A stretch of 64,000 nucleotides of DNA from Draconibacterium orientale (GTDB taxonomy: Bacteria; Bacteroidota; Bacteroidia; Bacteroidales; JAADGE01). Position numbers and translations under genes: made by a program. The stretch spans positions 17,537 through 81,536 of the forward strand of contig DYMH01000001.1 of the NCBI GenBank assembly GCA_020721645.1, in the 5' to 3' direction. Positions 1 to 10,360 of the stretch are shown here, one piece after another. The stretch's first letter is position 1. Every line of letters begins with the position of its first letter. The notes below the pieces were generated by a model, which was not told the origin of the DNA, ran no database searches, and worked only from the letters and a program-made list of their open reading frames with translations.

Positions 1-21
1 ATTTATAACTATATTAATTAC

Positions 22-62
22 GAAAAAAAGGAAGACCTGTTGATTTCACGGATCAACAGGTC
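22..62 (-). terminator. Rho-independent terminator downstream of the SiaC-like gene
   Basis: 11-bp perfect stem GACCTGTTGAT (34-44) / ATCAACAGGTC (52-62) with a 7-nt loop. On the minus strand it is followed by a T7 run (plus-strand A run 23-29). It lies 44 nt past the stop at 106. Confidence 0.75.
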
Positions 63-105
63 AACTAACTCAAAAATCAAACGTACAAGGAAATCTTAAA
101 TATTT

Positions 106-486
106 TTATGCTGAGTATTCTATATGTTCAAATTTAACATCAACTATTTGTTCGTATTCTTCACCGGTTTCTTTCATATCATCGTCATCGTCAGGAAAAT
201 ACCATTTTATTAAAACAGAATGCCCATCATTAGAAATATCTTCAAACTTATAAAGTATGTCTAATATAACTTTTGAAGATGCCGTGTTAAAATAATCCAT
301 TTTCATTACAATGGTTGTATTCACCTGAGGTTTCAGAGCATATTCGTCAATCCATTTAATAATCGGACTATAATAATCTGAGACATCGGCAGGAAATGAT
401 TTTCCTGAAAATTCTATCAATCCTTTCGTTGCATCTAATAACACAGCCGGTGTATCTTGTGTTCCTTCGAGTTTAATATTTACCAT
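106..486 (-). CDS. DUF1987 / SiaC-family regulatory protein homolog (126 aa)
   Basis: Complete ORF. The N-terminal 'IKLEGTQDTPAVLLDATKGLIEFSGKSFPADVSDYYSPIIKWIDEY' and the acidic C-terminal half match my recollection of the DUF1987 (SiaC-like) family. Confidence 0.7.
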   Translation of the reverse strand: MVNIKLEGTQDTPAVLLDATKGLIEFSGKSFPADVSDYYSPIIKWIDEYALKPQVNTTIVMKMDYFNTASSKVILDILYKFEDISNDGHSVLIKWYFPDDDDDMKETGEEYEQIVDVKFEHIEYSA

Positions 487-612
487 CTATCGTTTTTATA
501 AAATGGACAAGTTTATTTTACAAACTAAATAATTTATTTTATATTAAACAAACATTGTACCGGCTTATATAATAATTTTTTCGTTAAACCTTTTGATTAT
601 ATTTTTAATTAA

Positions 613-1014
613 TTACTGATTTAATTGAATTATTTGATTTTTTATGGTTTTTGTTTTACTATCCTTTAATTGAAATACGATTTCTATTTTTTGATTTTTT
701 TTAAGATTTTCCGGAACAATATAATAGTAATTTAAAGATGCTTGCTTGGTATTTTTATCGAAATCAAAATTAATAAGAGAATCACTATTTACACCAATAA
801 TATTAGGATGAACTGAAAAATTAACTAAATTATCCTGGGAACACAACATTACCGAAAATACTACCATTTGTCCGGCACCGATTTTTTCGGTTTTATCTCC
901 AATAATTTTTATTGACGGATTATTAAAATCAAATGTGTTTGAAAGGTTAAATGCAGTCAAACTCACAAATGCTACAATAATAATTAATACTTTGGTTTTC
1001 ATGTATTTAATCAA
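613..1014 (-). CDS. Hypothetical small secreted protein (133 aa; start may be the Met at 1002)
   Basis: ORF with an N-terminal hydrophobic signal-like segment (KTKVLIIIVAFVSLTAF). The rest is beta-strand-like and polar. No family recognised. Confidence 0.55.
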   Translation of the reverse strand: MIKYMKTKVLIIIVAFVSLTAFNLSNTFDFNNPSIKIIGDKTEKIGAGQMVVFSVMLCSQDNLVNFSVHPNIIGVNSDSLINFDFDKNTKQASLNYYYIVPENLKKNQKIEIVFQLKDSKTKTIKNQIIQLNQ

Positions 1015-1039
1015 TATTATATAAATTATTTTCGATATA

Positions 1040-1047
1040 CAAATATA
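1040..1047 (-). promoter_or_regulatory. Candidate Bacteroidota sigma-A -7 box (TATATTTG on minus strand)
   Basis: Matches the TAnnTTTG consensus 26 nt upstream of the ORF start at 1014. Confidence 0.4.
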
Positions 1048-1200
1048 AATAATTATTTATGAAAAAAACTAATTTTTGTGAAAAAAAATTATTTTTGTCA
1101 ATATTATGTTTATTCAAGTATAGTTTTCATTAGATAGTGTAATATATATTGACTTTCAAGGAATTATTAATCAAAAAGAAGTTGGTTTTTCGAATTATTT

Positions 1201-2865
1201 TTAATCTAAATTTTTTAATATAGATTCATATTCATTCGTAGTCGAAAAAACCTTAACTGCTGTTTTAATATACAAATCTCTTTTTAAATTATATTCTATT
1301 ACACCATTTTGATAATAAAACCGTTGAATTACCTCTTCTTCGATGCTGTTTTTTATGCTATTCTTTTCTTTATATAATTCATCTTTAATATCGATTTTGA
1401 TGCTTGATTTTAAATGTTTTATTTCATTTTTCGCCTGTGTATCTACAGATTCGGTCTCAGATACACTGTCTAAAATACACAGCAATTTTTCTGTTTCTGT
1501 TTCGTAAGAAAAATTATGATTGACAATGTATTGCACAAAACTTGAAAAATCTTCATCAGGATATTGATAATGTGTTGGCGAACTTATTGTATCCATGTTA
1601 TATACATATTCTGTAACATAATTAAAAATTAAGCTTTTCGCCACAAGCTGATCAATAAGTTTTCCTGATTTTTCATTAGAAGTGACAATATCCGGCGTGA
1701 TTCCTCCACCATCGTAAACAGTACGTTTGTTTAATGTTTTAAATTCAGTAATTAACGAATCAGGGATTTTCCCAACACTTCCGTCGGCATTTCGGTGTGT
1801 ATAGTCTAAGGCTTGGATACATCTTCCGCTGGGAATATAGTATTTTGCAGTGGTTATTTTTAATTTTGCATTGTAGCTTAAATCAAGGGTTGTTTGAACC
1901 AAACCTTTGCCAAAAGTACGTTTTCCAATTATTATAGCACGGTCTAAATCTTGCAAGGCTCCGGAAACAATTTCGGAAGCAGATGCCGATTTACTGTTGA
2001 CCAAAACGATTAAAGGAATTTCGCTGTCTAAGGCTTGGTGTGTTGCATTAAATGTTTGATTTTTATCTTTGTTTTTTCCTTTTACGAAAACTATCGACTT
2101 CCCTTTTTCAACAAAAAAATTTACGATATCAACAGCTTCAACCAGCAAGCCCCCGGGGTTGTCGCATAGATCAATAATTAATCCGTTGAGTGTATGTTCG
2201 GATTTTAATTTCAAAAAAGCATTTTTAAATTCATTGGAGGCACCGGACATAAAACCGGAAAGTTTGATATATCCGATATTATTTTCAGTAATACCGTAGT
2301 AGGCAACATTATTATTTTTAATACTTTCGCGTTTTATGTTTATTTCAAATGCTTGCTCTGTCCCAAATCGTTTAATTTTAAGCACTAATACACTTCCGGC
2401 TTCTCCGTAGAGTTTTTCTTTTATTGTCTTATAATTCAAGGAGTTGACAGAGTGTCCATCGATTTCGATAATTTGGTCGCCTACTTTCAGATGTGCTTTA
2501 TCAGCGGGAAAATTTTGATAGATATTTCTTATGACTAATTGATTCTCAAATTCCTCGACAACTGCTCCCACTCCACCATAGGCACCGGTGGACATATAGG
2601 TATAATCAACGATATCGGACTCGGGATAAAAGTTTGTGTAAGGGTCCAGATTTTCGAGCATTTTGTCAATTCCGTCTCGAATAATTTCGCCGGAATTTTT
2701 TTCATCAACATAATACAACTTGATATCACGAATGATGTCGTGAAAAATTGCCAAATTTTTAAGTGTCTCAAAATCATCACCATCATCGAAAGCAACAACG
2801 ATTGGCATAACTATAAGTGAAAGAAAAACTATGCCCGAAATTTTAAGTTTTTTCAGTGTTGTCAT
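1201..2865 (-). CDS. S41 family C-terminal processing peptidase with PDZ domain
   Basis: PDZ-like 'LKVGDQIIEIDGHSV', 'IIDLCDNPGGLL' and the catalytic region 'NSKSASASEIVSGALQDLDRAIIIGKRTFGKGLVQ' are typical of Ctp/Prc peptidases. An N-terminal signal anchor is present. Confidence 0.9.
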   Translation of the reverse strand: MTTLKKLKISGIVFLSLIVMPIVVAFDDGDDFETLKNLAIFHDIIRDIKLYYVDEKNSGEIIRDGIDKMLENLDPYTNFYPESDIVDYTYMSTGAYGGVGAVVEEFENQLVIRNIYQNFPADKAHLKVGDQIIEIDGHSVNSLNYKTIKEKLYGEAGSVLVLKIKRFGTEQAFEINIKRESIKNNNVAYYGITENNIGYIKLSGFMSGASNEFKNAFLKLKSEHTLNGLIIDLCDNPGGLLVEAVDIVNFFVEKGKSIVFVKGKNKDKNQTFNATHQALDSEIPLIVLVNSKSASASEIVSGALQDLDRAIIIGKRTFGKGLVQTTLDLSYNAKLKITTAKYYIPSGRCIQALDYTHRNADGSVGKIPDSLITEFKTLNKRTVYDGGGITPDIVTSNEKSGKLIDQLVAKSLIFNYVTEYVYNMDTISSPTHYQYPDEDFSSFVQYIVNHNFSYETETEKLLCILDSVSETESVDTQAKNEIKHLKSSIKIDIKDELYKEKNSIKNSIEEEVIQRFYYQNGVIEYNLKRDLYIKTAVKVFSTTNEYESILKNLD

Positions 2866-2908
2866 AAAATATATTTTAAGTAAACTTTACATAAATCATA
2901 CCAAATAT

Positions 2909-4075
2909 TTAGTAAAAAGCGGATATACGGGTCAAATCATTTCCTGTAATTAACAAGTGAATATCATGCGTACCTTCGTATGTGATAACAGATTCGAGAT
3001 TCATCATGTGCCTCATTATTGGAAAATCGCCTGTAATGCCCATAGCACCTAATATCTGCCTCGATTCGCGTGCTATTGTAAGCGCGGTAAATACATTATT
3101 TCGTTTTGTCATAGAGATTTGTGCCGAAGTTGCTTTGCCTTGGTTCATTAAAATACCCAGTCGCCATGCCAGAAGTTGTGCTTTGACAAATTCGGTTGTC
3201 ATTTCAGCTAATTTTTTTTGTGTTAATTGAAAAGTTGCGATTGGTTTTCGAAATTGCTTTCTTTGAAGCGAATAATTCAAAGCAGTTTCGATACAGGCAG
3301 CCGCAGCACCCAAAACACCCCACGCAATTCCATAACGAGCTGAATTTAAACACATCATAGGACCTTTTAAACCCGAGACGCCTTCCAAAACATTTGCTTT
3401 GGGAATAAAAACATTGTTAAAAACCAATTCACCGGTAGCAGAGGCTTTTAATGACCATTTATTTTTCGTTTCGGGACTTGTAAATCCCTCAAAATTCCGT
3501 TCTACAAGGTATCCTTTGATACGATTGTTTTCATTTTTTGCCCACACAACAGCAATATCACAAACCGGCGCATTGGTTATCCACATTTTTGCTCCGTTCA
3601 AAATATAACCGCCTTCGGTTTCGGTAACATGGGTTTCCATACCACCCGGGTCTGAACCATGATTAGGTTCGGTTAATCCAAAAGCACCAATCATGCTTCC
3701 GTCGGCTAACAGTGGCAGATATTTTTTCCGTTGTTCCTCAGAGCCAAATTTCCAAATCGGGTACATAACAAGTGATGTCTGAACAGATGCCGATGAACGT
3801 ATCGCCGAATCGCCGCGTTCTAATTCCTGCATTATCAGTCCGTAGGATATATAATCCATACCGGAACCACCATATTCGAGAGGAATAAATGATGCGATAA
3901 AACCATATTCTCCCAAATCTTTTATAAACGAGTGCATCGATTTTTCCAGCCTGTTGTATTCCTCTGCAATAGGTGAAATGGTACGAGATACCCATTTCTT
4001 TGCAGAATTTCGAACCAATAAATGCTCTTCAGACAATAGGGTATCGATATCAAAATAGTTTTCAAAATTTATCAT
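2909..4075 (-). CDS. gcdH: Acyl-CoA dehydrogenase, glutaryl-CoA dehydrogenase-like
   Basis: 388 aa. 'FGLTEPNHGSDPGGMETH', 'GAKMWITNAP' and the C-terminal 'YEGTHDIHLLITG' resemble glutaryl-CoA dehydrogenases. Confidence 0.8.
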   Translation of the reverse strand: MINFENYFDIDTLLSEEHLLVRNSAKKWVSRTISPIAEEYNRLEKSMHSFIKDLGEYGFIASFIPLEYGGSGMDYISYGLIMQELERGDSAIRSSASVQTSLVMYPIWKFGSEEQRKKYLPLLADGSMIGAFGLTEPNHGSDPGGMETHVTETEGGYILNGAKMWITNAPVCDIAVVWAKNENNRIKGYLVERNFEGFTSPETKNKWSLKASATGELVFNNVFIPKANVLEGVSGLKGPMMCLNSARYGIAWGVLGAAAACIETALNYSLQRKQFRKPIATFQLTQKKLAEMTTEFVKAQLLAWRLGILMNQGKATSAQISMTKRNNVFTALTIARESRQILGAMGITGDFPIMRHMMNLESVITYEGTHDIHLLITGNDLTRISAFY

Positions 4076-4118
4076 ATAATTTTAAATTAAATTGGTGTAC
4101 AAAGACGGAACGTATTGA

Positions 4119-4126
4119 CAAAAATA
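4119..4126 (-). promoter_or_regulatory. Candidate -7 box (TATTTTTG on minus strand) for the gcdH-like gene
   Basis: TAnnTTTG match 43 nt upstream of the start at 4075. A second match, TATATTTG, lies at 4139-4146. Confidence 0.4.
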
Positions 4127-4417
4127 AATTTTATTATGCAAATATATCATGATTAAAACGTCTTTATAAAAATGGACTGACATTACGTGTCAACTATTTT
4201 ATAAAAATTTGTTGAAAATGAGTTAATATACAGTATTTTCAAAGCCTTCAAAGGGATATAAAATAAATAAAATGTCATTTTTCCATTATCTATTTAAAAA
4301 ATTACTAAAATAATAATCCAATTTGAAGTATATAGTACGGTTTCCAAAAAAAAATAAAAGATCCCGATTCAAAATTAAACAGAATATAAATAATTGTTTT
4401 ATAAAAAAAAAATCATG

Positions 4418-4425
4418 TAATTTTG
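4418..4425 (+). promoter_or_regulatory. Candidate -7 box (TAATTTTG) for the DUF4271-like gene
   Basis: TAnnTTTG match 41 nt upstream of the ATG at 4467. It lies inside the TTG-initiated extension of the ORF track, which argues for the shorter ORF. Confidence 0.45.
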
Positions 4426-4466
4426 ACAAAAAATATAGTACTCATTTCTCAAAATCGGACTCACAG

Positions 4467-5450
4467 ATGAAAGATATCATTCAATCAGAAAAATCAACAT
4501 ACTTGATTGAATATCAACTATTTAAGCCTAATGATATTTATAGTTTTGGGAAATATTTCCATAAATTCGACTCGTGTTTACCTATAACAAAACTGAGTTC
4601 CGAATACAATTCGGGAGCAGATGTATCTGACTTTTATTTCTTTACCCTTAATCGAGCTTCATCGTTACGATTAAATCAGATTGTAAACGATAACACCAAA
4701 AGGGTAAAACATACTGAAAGGAGTTCAGATACAGTAATCTATAAAAATACTCAGCATAAGAAAACAACTCCTTTACTGTCCTCCGATTGGATTTTTTTTT
4801 CATTAATAATCAGCATCGTACTGTTTGGGTTGATAAAATATTTATCCAAAAATTTAATCAGCAGCATCACCCAAAGTTTTTTGTATACAAACACAAATTT
4901 GAATAAAAAATTGGAGATAAAATCCAATTTTTCAGGATTTTCCCTGCTCCTTAATCTTTTCTTTTTTTGGAATATCAGTTTATTTTTGTATCAAGCAGGT
5001 GTTTATTATTCATTTTTTTTTGGTGCCGAACATTTTGCAAAAATATTCGCTTCACTAATACTGATTTTCGCAATTTTGCGGATTTCAAGGCACATATTAA
5101 CTTATATTCCTTCAGAAATTTTGAAGAAAAAATCTGTCTATTTTGAAATCAATCGAAATATCGATATTCATAATTTTATAGTCAGTTTCTTTTTAATTTT
5201 TGTGATTGCAAGTGCTGCTTACCTAAAAATTGTACCTGAGAATTTTCAGATTTTAATAGGTTTTACAATAATATTACTAATTTTTGCGGCACGAATTACA
5301 AAAACAATCATAATATTTTTACAGGAAGGTGTTTCTTTTTTACATTTGTTTTTGTACCTTTGCACCCTCGAAATAATGCCTTTACTTATAGTGATATATT
5401 CTTTTAATCATTTTAATAACAGCGATTTAAAATTGGAATTTCAGTACTAA
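4467..5450 (+). CDS. Multi-pass membrane protein, DUF4271-like
   Basis: Polar N-terminus followed by 5-6 hydrophobic helices. Its position directly upstream of hemD matches the DUF4271-hemD pairing I recall in Bacteroidota. I chose the ATG at 4467 over the TTG at 4323. Confidence 0.6.
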   Translation: MKDIIQSEKSTYLIEYQLFKPNDIYSFGKYFHKFDSCLPITKLSSEYNSGADVSDFYFFTLNRASSLRLNQIVNDNTKRVKHTERSSDTVIYKNTQHKKTTPLLSSDWIFFSLIISIVLFGLIKYLSKNLISSITQSFLYTNTNLNKKLEIKSNFSGFSLLLNLFFFWNISLFLYQAGVYYSFFFGAEHFAKIFASLILIFAILRISRHILTYIPSEILKKKSVYFEINRNIDIHNFIVSFFLIFVIASAAYLKIVPENFQILIGFTIILLIFAARITKTIIIFLQEGVSFLHLFLYLCTLEIMPLLIVIYSFNHFNNSDLKLEFQY

Positions 5451-5462
5451 ATTTCGTTTTAT

Positions 5463-6236
5463 TTGTTGAACATTAAATTTTTTACTTTGAAAATTAAAAC
5501 CATACTTGTTACGCAACCGGCACCTCAAACAGACAAATCACCCTATTTTGATTTGTCCGAAAAATATGGAATAAAGATAGATTTCAGGTCGTTTATAGAT
5601 GTCGAAGAAATTCCTTTAAAAGAATTTCGGAAAAGTAAAATCAATGTTGCCGAACACGGAGCAGCAATAATGACGAGTAAAACATCAATTGATAATTTTT
5701 TTCGTATTTGCGAAGAACTTCGTTATACGGTACCAGATTCTATGAAATATTTTTGCATTTCTGAATCCATCGCATTTTATCTTCAAAAATATATCACCTA
5801 CCGAAAGCGTAAAATATCGTATGCTAACGGAACGATTGAAGATCTGTCGGAAATGACACTTAAACATAAAACAGAAAAATTTCTGATTCCTCTTTCCGAA
5901 ATACACAAAGACGATTTACTTAAAAAACTTGATAAACTAAAAATTAAATATTCCAAAGCGATACTTTATCGAACAAAAAGTGCCAACTTAGCCGACTTGA
6001 AAGATGTTAATTACGATATTTTAGTGTTTTTCAGTCCATCAGGAATACAATCACTTATTGAAAATTTTCCTGATTTCAGTCAAAATGGAACAAAAATTGC
6101 TTCGTTTGGAACATCTACGGCAAAGTCAGTTAAAAATGCGGGCTTACGTCTCGACATCAAAGCTCCCACAACCGAAGCTCCTTCAATGACAATGGCTTTG
6201 GAAACATTTATAAAAGATGAAGCTAAGAAAAAATAA
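5463..6236 (+). CDS. hemD: Uroporphyrinogen-III synthase
   Basis: 'ILVTQPAP...' N-terminus, the repeated alpha/beta halves and 'ILVFFSPSGIQS' are typical of HemD. The start is uncertain (TTG at 5463 or TTG at 5487). Confidence 0.8.
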   Translation: MLNIKFFTLKIKTILVTQPAPQTDKSPYFDLSEKYGIKIDFRSFIDVEEIPLKEFRKSKINVAEHGAAIMTSKTSIDNFFRICEELRYTVPDSMKYFCISESIAFYLQKYITYRKRKISYANGTIEDLSEMTLKHKTEKFLIPLSEIHKDDLLKKLDKLKIKYSKAILYRTKSANLADLKDVNYDILVFFSPSGIQSLIENFPDFSQNGTKIASFGTSTAKSVKNAGLRLDIKAPTTEAPSMTMALETFIKDEAKKK

Positions 6237-6242
6237 AATCAG

Positions 6243-6647
6243 TTGAAAAAATTTGGATTCAATAAGAAAATAAAATTAAAAAAACCAATGGAAATTTCTC
6301 GCCTTTTTGAAGACGGGAAATTTTCATTTTCAGACCACTTAAAACTTCTGTGGAAAATCAGTCCGTCCACACAAACATCATGCATTAAAATAGCTGTAAG
6401 CGTCCCAAAAAGATATTTCAAATTTTCTTATCAACGAAACAAATTGAAGCGAAAAATGAGAGAAAGTATTCGTTTAAACAGAAATAGTATTTCTCAAACT
6501 TCGATGCAAAAAATTAATCTTCTTTTTATATATAAAACAAATTCAGAAATTGAATTTGAAAAAATAAACAACGAAATAGTTTTTTTACTAAATCTGTTAA
6601 ACCAAAAATTATCAAAAAAAGAAATTTTGGAAACAGATACAATTTGA
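6243..6647 (+). CDS. rnpA: Ribonuclease P protein component
   Basis: Basic small protein with 'ISRLFEDGK' and 'VSVPKRYFKFSYQRNKLKRKMRESIR', the RnpA RNR-like motif. TTG start; an alternative ATG lies at 6288. Confidence 0.8.
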   Translation: MKKFGFNKKIKLKKPMEISRLFEDGKFSFSDHLKLLWKISPSTQTSCIKIAVSVPKRYFKFSYQRNKLKRKMRESIRLNRNSISQTSMQKINLLFIYKTNSEIEFEKINNEIVFLLNLLNQKLSKKEILETDTI

Positions 6648-6820
6648 TTCAAAAAAAAAACTTGTTGAAATCGTTAAGAATAAACTATTGCAGTGGATAG
6701 TCGATTCAATAATTTATAAACGAATCTCAGTGAGTTTACGTAAAAAAAACACATCGTATTTTTTTGAAAAACAATGTATTAATCATATTTTTAATGTGTG
6801 AAATATTTTTGATAAATACA

Positions 6821-8629
6821 TCAAATATTATGAAAATATGTGTGAATGATTTCAGCTTTTGCTTTTCCGATAATTTTTTCTAAATCCTCCAAACTTAACT
6901 CCGAAATTTTCTTCACCGATTTGAATTTTGACAACAAAATTTCCGCACTCTCGTTTCCGATTCCCAAAATATCACTTAATTCTGTTTTAACAAATTTTTT
7001 TGAACGTAGGCTTCGATGAAACGTTATCGCAAATCGATGAGCTTCATCTCGGGCATGTTGAATGATTTTTAATGTTTCCGAATTTTTATTAAGATATATC
7101 GGAATGTTGTCGTTTGGGAAAAAAATTTCTTCTAACTTTTTTGCAATACCAATCACCGAAATTTTTCCGTATAAATTTAATTGTTCCAAAATTTTTACCG
7201 CAGAAGATAATTGTCCTTTTCCACCATCAATAATAATTAATTGAGGCATATTTTGTTTTTCTTCGATTAATCTTTTGTACCTTCGATAGATGATTTCCTC
7301 CATTGATGCAAAATCGTTAGGACCTTCTACGGTTTTTATAATAAACTTACGATAGTCCTTTTTGCTGGGTTTTCCATTTTTAAAAACAACACAGGACGCA
7401 ACGGGCGAACTGCCTTGAATATTCGAGTTATCAAAACATTCGATATGATCAGGCAATTCGCTCAAACGCAATTCATTTTTCATGTTTAATAAAATTCTAT
7501 TGACATGCCGGTTTGGATCAATTAATGTTCTTTGCTTATTTTTTTCAAGTCTAAAATACTTTACATTTCTTTCGGATAAATCCAAGAGCTTTTTTTTATC
7601 GCCTTTGAGCGGCACTGTAACTTTCTTGACCGGCAAAATATAATCCATTTTAAAAGGAACTAAAATCTCATTAACATTTTCAGTTCCGAAAAGTCGATTT
7701 TGATAAATATCAACAATGGCTGCCGGTAATAATTCATGGACTGTTTCATCTAATTTTTTCTTAATTTCGTAGGTTTGTACCTGAATGACAGCACCATTAA
7801 CAATCTTTAAAAAATTAATGTATGCAAACTGTTCATCATCGAGTATCGAAAAAACATCGATATTACCGATTGATTGACTAACGATTGTAGATTTAGATTG
7901 ATAATCGGACAATAAATCAATTTTATCTTTAATTTTTTGTGCATTTTCAAAGTCTAATTTTTCGGAAAATGAATGCAAATTTGCATTGAGAAATCTTATA
8001 CTTTCTGTAAAATTTCCTTTTAAAATATTTTGAATTTGACTTATTTGTTCGTTATATTCATCCTCGTTTTGAAATCCTACGCAGGGAGCTTTACAATTTC
8101 CGAGATGATATTCGAGACATACTTTAAATTTATTTTTTTTTATATTTTCTTCCGATAGATTTAAGCTGCAATTTCTGAGAAAAAAAAGTTGTCGAAACAT
8201 CTGCAACAAAGACCTGACAAGAGAAATTGAAGTATATGGTCCAAAATAAATTGAGTTGTCTTTTATATAATTTCGTGTTTGAAAGACACGCGGAAATGGT
8301 TCATTTTTAATGCAAATCCAAGGATACGTTTTATCATCTTTTAGGAGGACATTGTATCGAGGTTTGTATTTTTTTATTAGGCTATTTTCAAGAAGCAGAG
8401 CATCTGTTTCAGTTTCAACAACGATATGTTCGATACGATGTATTTTACGAACGAGAATGTTTGTTTTATGATTTTGTTGATTTTTATTGAAATAGGAAGC
8501 GACTCTTTTTTTTAAATTTTTGGCTTTGCCTACATAAATAATGGTATCAGCACGGTCATAAAATCTATAGACTCCCGGACAATCGGGCAAGGATTTTACA
8601 CTATTTTTTATGTTTTCGGAACTATCCAC
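6821..8629 (-). CDS. uvrC: Excinuclease ABC subunit C
   Basis: GIY-YIG N-terminus 'GVYRFYDRADTIIYVGKAKNLKKRVASYF', a UvrBC domain, and a C-terminal Endo V-like region plus HhH. GTG start. Confidence 0.95.
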   Translation of the reverse strand: MDSSENIKNSVKSLPDCPGVYRFYDRADTIIYVGKAKNLKKRVASYFNKNQQNHKTNILVRKIHRIEHIVVETETDALLLENSLIKKYKPRYNVLLKDDKTYPWICIKNEPFPRVFQTRNYIKDNSIYFGPYTSISLVRSLLQMFRQLFFLRNCSLNLSEENIKKNKFKVCLEYHLGNCKAPCVGFQNEDEYNEQISQIQNILKGNFTESIRFLNANLHSFSEKLDFENAQKIKDKIDLLSDYQSKSTIVSQSIGNIDVFSILDDEQFAYINFLKIVNGAVIQVQTYEIKKKLDETVHELLPAAIVDIYQNRLFGTENVNEILVPFKMDYILPVKKVTVPLKGDKKKLLDLSERNVKYFRLEKNKQRTLIDPNRHVNRILLNMKNELRLSELPDHIECFDNSNIQGSSPVASCVVFKNGKPSKKDYRKFIIKTVEGPNDFASMEEIIYRRYKRLIEEKQNMPQLIIIDGGKGQLSSAVKILEQLNLYGKISVIGIAKKLEEIFFPNDNIPIYLNKNSETLKIIQHARDEAHRFAITFHRSLRSKKFVKTELSDILGIGNESAEILLSKFKSVKKISELSLEDLEKIIGKAKAEIIHTYFHNI

Positions 8630-8646
8630 GATTTGTTGTTTATTTG

Positions 8647-8662
8647 TGTTCCACGTGGAACA
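8647..8662. repeat. Perfect 16-bp palindrome TGTTCCACGTGGAACA (copy 1)
   Basis: Read directly from the sequence. It lies 17 nt upstream of the uvrC GTG and about 44 nt downstream of the ade stop. An identical core is found at 10364-10379. Confidence 0.9.
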
Positions 8663-8705
8663 TTTGTTTAACGAATTGATGACTAATCAATTGAAAAAAC
8701 AAATA

Positions 8706-10346
8706 TTAAATTATTAAAGATGTAAATTCAAATTTTTGGGAATCAAACAGACCTTTATCTCCAATTTTTAACTCAGGAATAACAAGTAATGCCATAAAAG
8801 AGAGAGTCATAAAAGGGTTTTTTAAGCCGGAACCTAAATCATTAATGGCCGATTGATTGAGAAATTTGTACTTGGCTGCAACTTCATGCGGATTGTCGTT
8901 ACTCATTAAACCGGCAATCGGGAGTTTTAAAAAATCTACAGTATTGTTGTGTGAAAGTGCAATACCTCCTTTGATGTTAATTATTTTATTGATTACTTGT
9001 TCTATCGCTTCGTCAGAACAGCCGACGGCAATAATATTATGGCTGTCGTGTGCGACACTGCTAGAGATTGCTCCGCTTTTTAAACCAAAATTTTTTATAA
9101 AACCCACCACAGGTTTTGCCAAATTATCGTAGCGATTGACAACGACAATTTTTAATAAATCGTGTTCGATATTTGATTCGATAAACTCGCCAAAAATATG
9201 TGTATCAACAAGCATGGTTGATGTCGCTAAATTGCCGCCTTCTGCACATATTACTTTGAGATAGCGTCCACAATTTTTCACTATTATATCGTTTCTCGAA
9301 AATTGTGTTCGCTGAAAATTATTGATAAATTGAAGTGGCATTGGAGCCGGTGGTATAGCACTGTTTTTAATTTCACCATCGATTGTAACATTTAGAATAT
9401 TAAAATCTTCAAAATTATCGATAATTATAAAATCTGCTGGGTCGTTGAGCTGAAGTAAACCAACTGGAATATTATAATGTTGAACAGGATTTAAAGAAGC
9501 AGCACGCAACAAATTCATAAGTTTAAGTCCCTTCTTTAATCCTCTTATAATTAAATCATTGATATGTTTTTCTTCAATATCATCGGGGTGTGAGTCGTCT
9601 GTACAAAGCATTACAGATTCCGGATATCTGTCGATAAGCGGGTATAAAATATCGAAATTTTTTGCAGCACTTCCCTCACGTATTTGGATTTTCATGCCAT
9701 GTTTAATTTTTAATTCGGCTTCTTCTATTGTAGTGCATTCGTGGTCGGTAGAAATTCCTGCATCGGAATATATTAAAATCTGTTCCTCGGTAAGCCCCGG
9801 TGCATGCCCATCGATTATTTTGTTTATTTTATGTGCACATTTAATTTTATTTTCTACCTCAGAATTCCCATACAAAACTCCCGGGAAATTCATCATTTCT
9901 GATAAAAAATAAATATCATTTCGCGTCAAGAGTTGTTCAATAGCAAGGGCATTTAATACAGCTCCCGATGATTCGAAAGCCGTTGCGGGAACACATGAGG
10001 GAGCGCCAAAAAAGAATTTAACACAGGCATTTTTTGCATTTTCTATCATAAAGTTCACGCCTTCGACACCCAAAACATTCGCAATTTCGTGTGGGTCTGA
10101 AATTACTGCAACAGTACCATGTTGTACCGCAAGTTTTGCAAATTGTTCGGGAACAAGCATCGAACTTTCGACATGAACATGGGCATCAATCAAACCTGGT
10201 AATATAAAATTTTTATTATCGGTCTGTTTTGGTATTATTTGTTTTATTCGGCTACCCTCAACAACAATATCGCCCTGAAAAATAACTCCTGCAACAACAT
10301 CAACAATTTGTCCTGAGACTGTATAAGCATTACTCGATTTTTCCAT
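8706..10346 (-). CDS. ade: Adenine deaminase
   Basis: 546 aa amidohydrolase with 'LPGLIDAHVHVESSML' and 'ISTDHEC', an Ade-type architecture. Confidence 0.88.
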   Translation of the reverse strand: MEKSSNAYTVSGQIVDVVAGVIFQGDIVVEGSRIKQIIPKQTDNKNFILPGLIDAHVHVESSMLVPEQFAKLAVQHGTVAVISDPHEIANVLGVEGVNFMIENAKNACVKFFFGAPSCVPATAFESSGAVLNALAIEQLLTRNDIYFLSEMMNFPGVLYGNSEVENKIKCAHKINKIIDGHAPGLTEEQILIYSDAGISTDHECTTIEEAELKIKHGMKIQIREGSAAKNFDILYPLIDRYPESVMLCTDDSHPDDIEEKHINDLIIRGLKKGLKLMNLLRAASLNPVQHYNIPVGLLQLNDPADFIIIDNFEDFNILNVTIDGEIKNSAIPPAPMPLQFINNFQRTQFSRNDIIVKNCGRYLKVICAEGGNLATSTMLVDTHIFGEFIESNIEHDLLKIVVVNRYDNLAKPVVGFIKNFGLKSGAISSSVAHDSHNIIAVGCSDEAIEQVINKIINIKGGIALSHNNTVDFLKLPIAGLMSNDNPHEVAAKYKFLNQSAINDLGSGLKNPFMTLSFMALLVIPELKIGDKGLFDSQKFEFTSLII

Positions 10347-10360
10347 AATTTATATTATAA

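Noticed and set aside
2069-2820. Plus-strand ORFs of 76-93 aa antisense to the S41 peptidase gene, plus a same-strand alternate-frame ORF at 2535-2798
   Set aside because: They are shadow ORFs inside a gene with clear S41/PDZ motifs, and no independent signals support them.
4323-4466. TTG-initiated 48-codon N-terminal extension of the DUF4271-like ORF
   Set aside because: The extension is Lys/Asn-rich filler and contains the candidate -7 box (4418-4425). The ATG at 4467 is the more plausible start.
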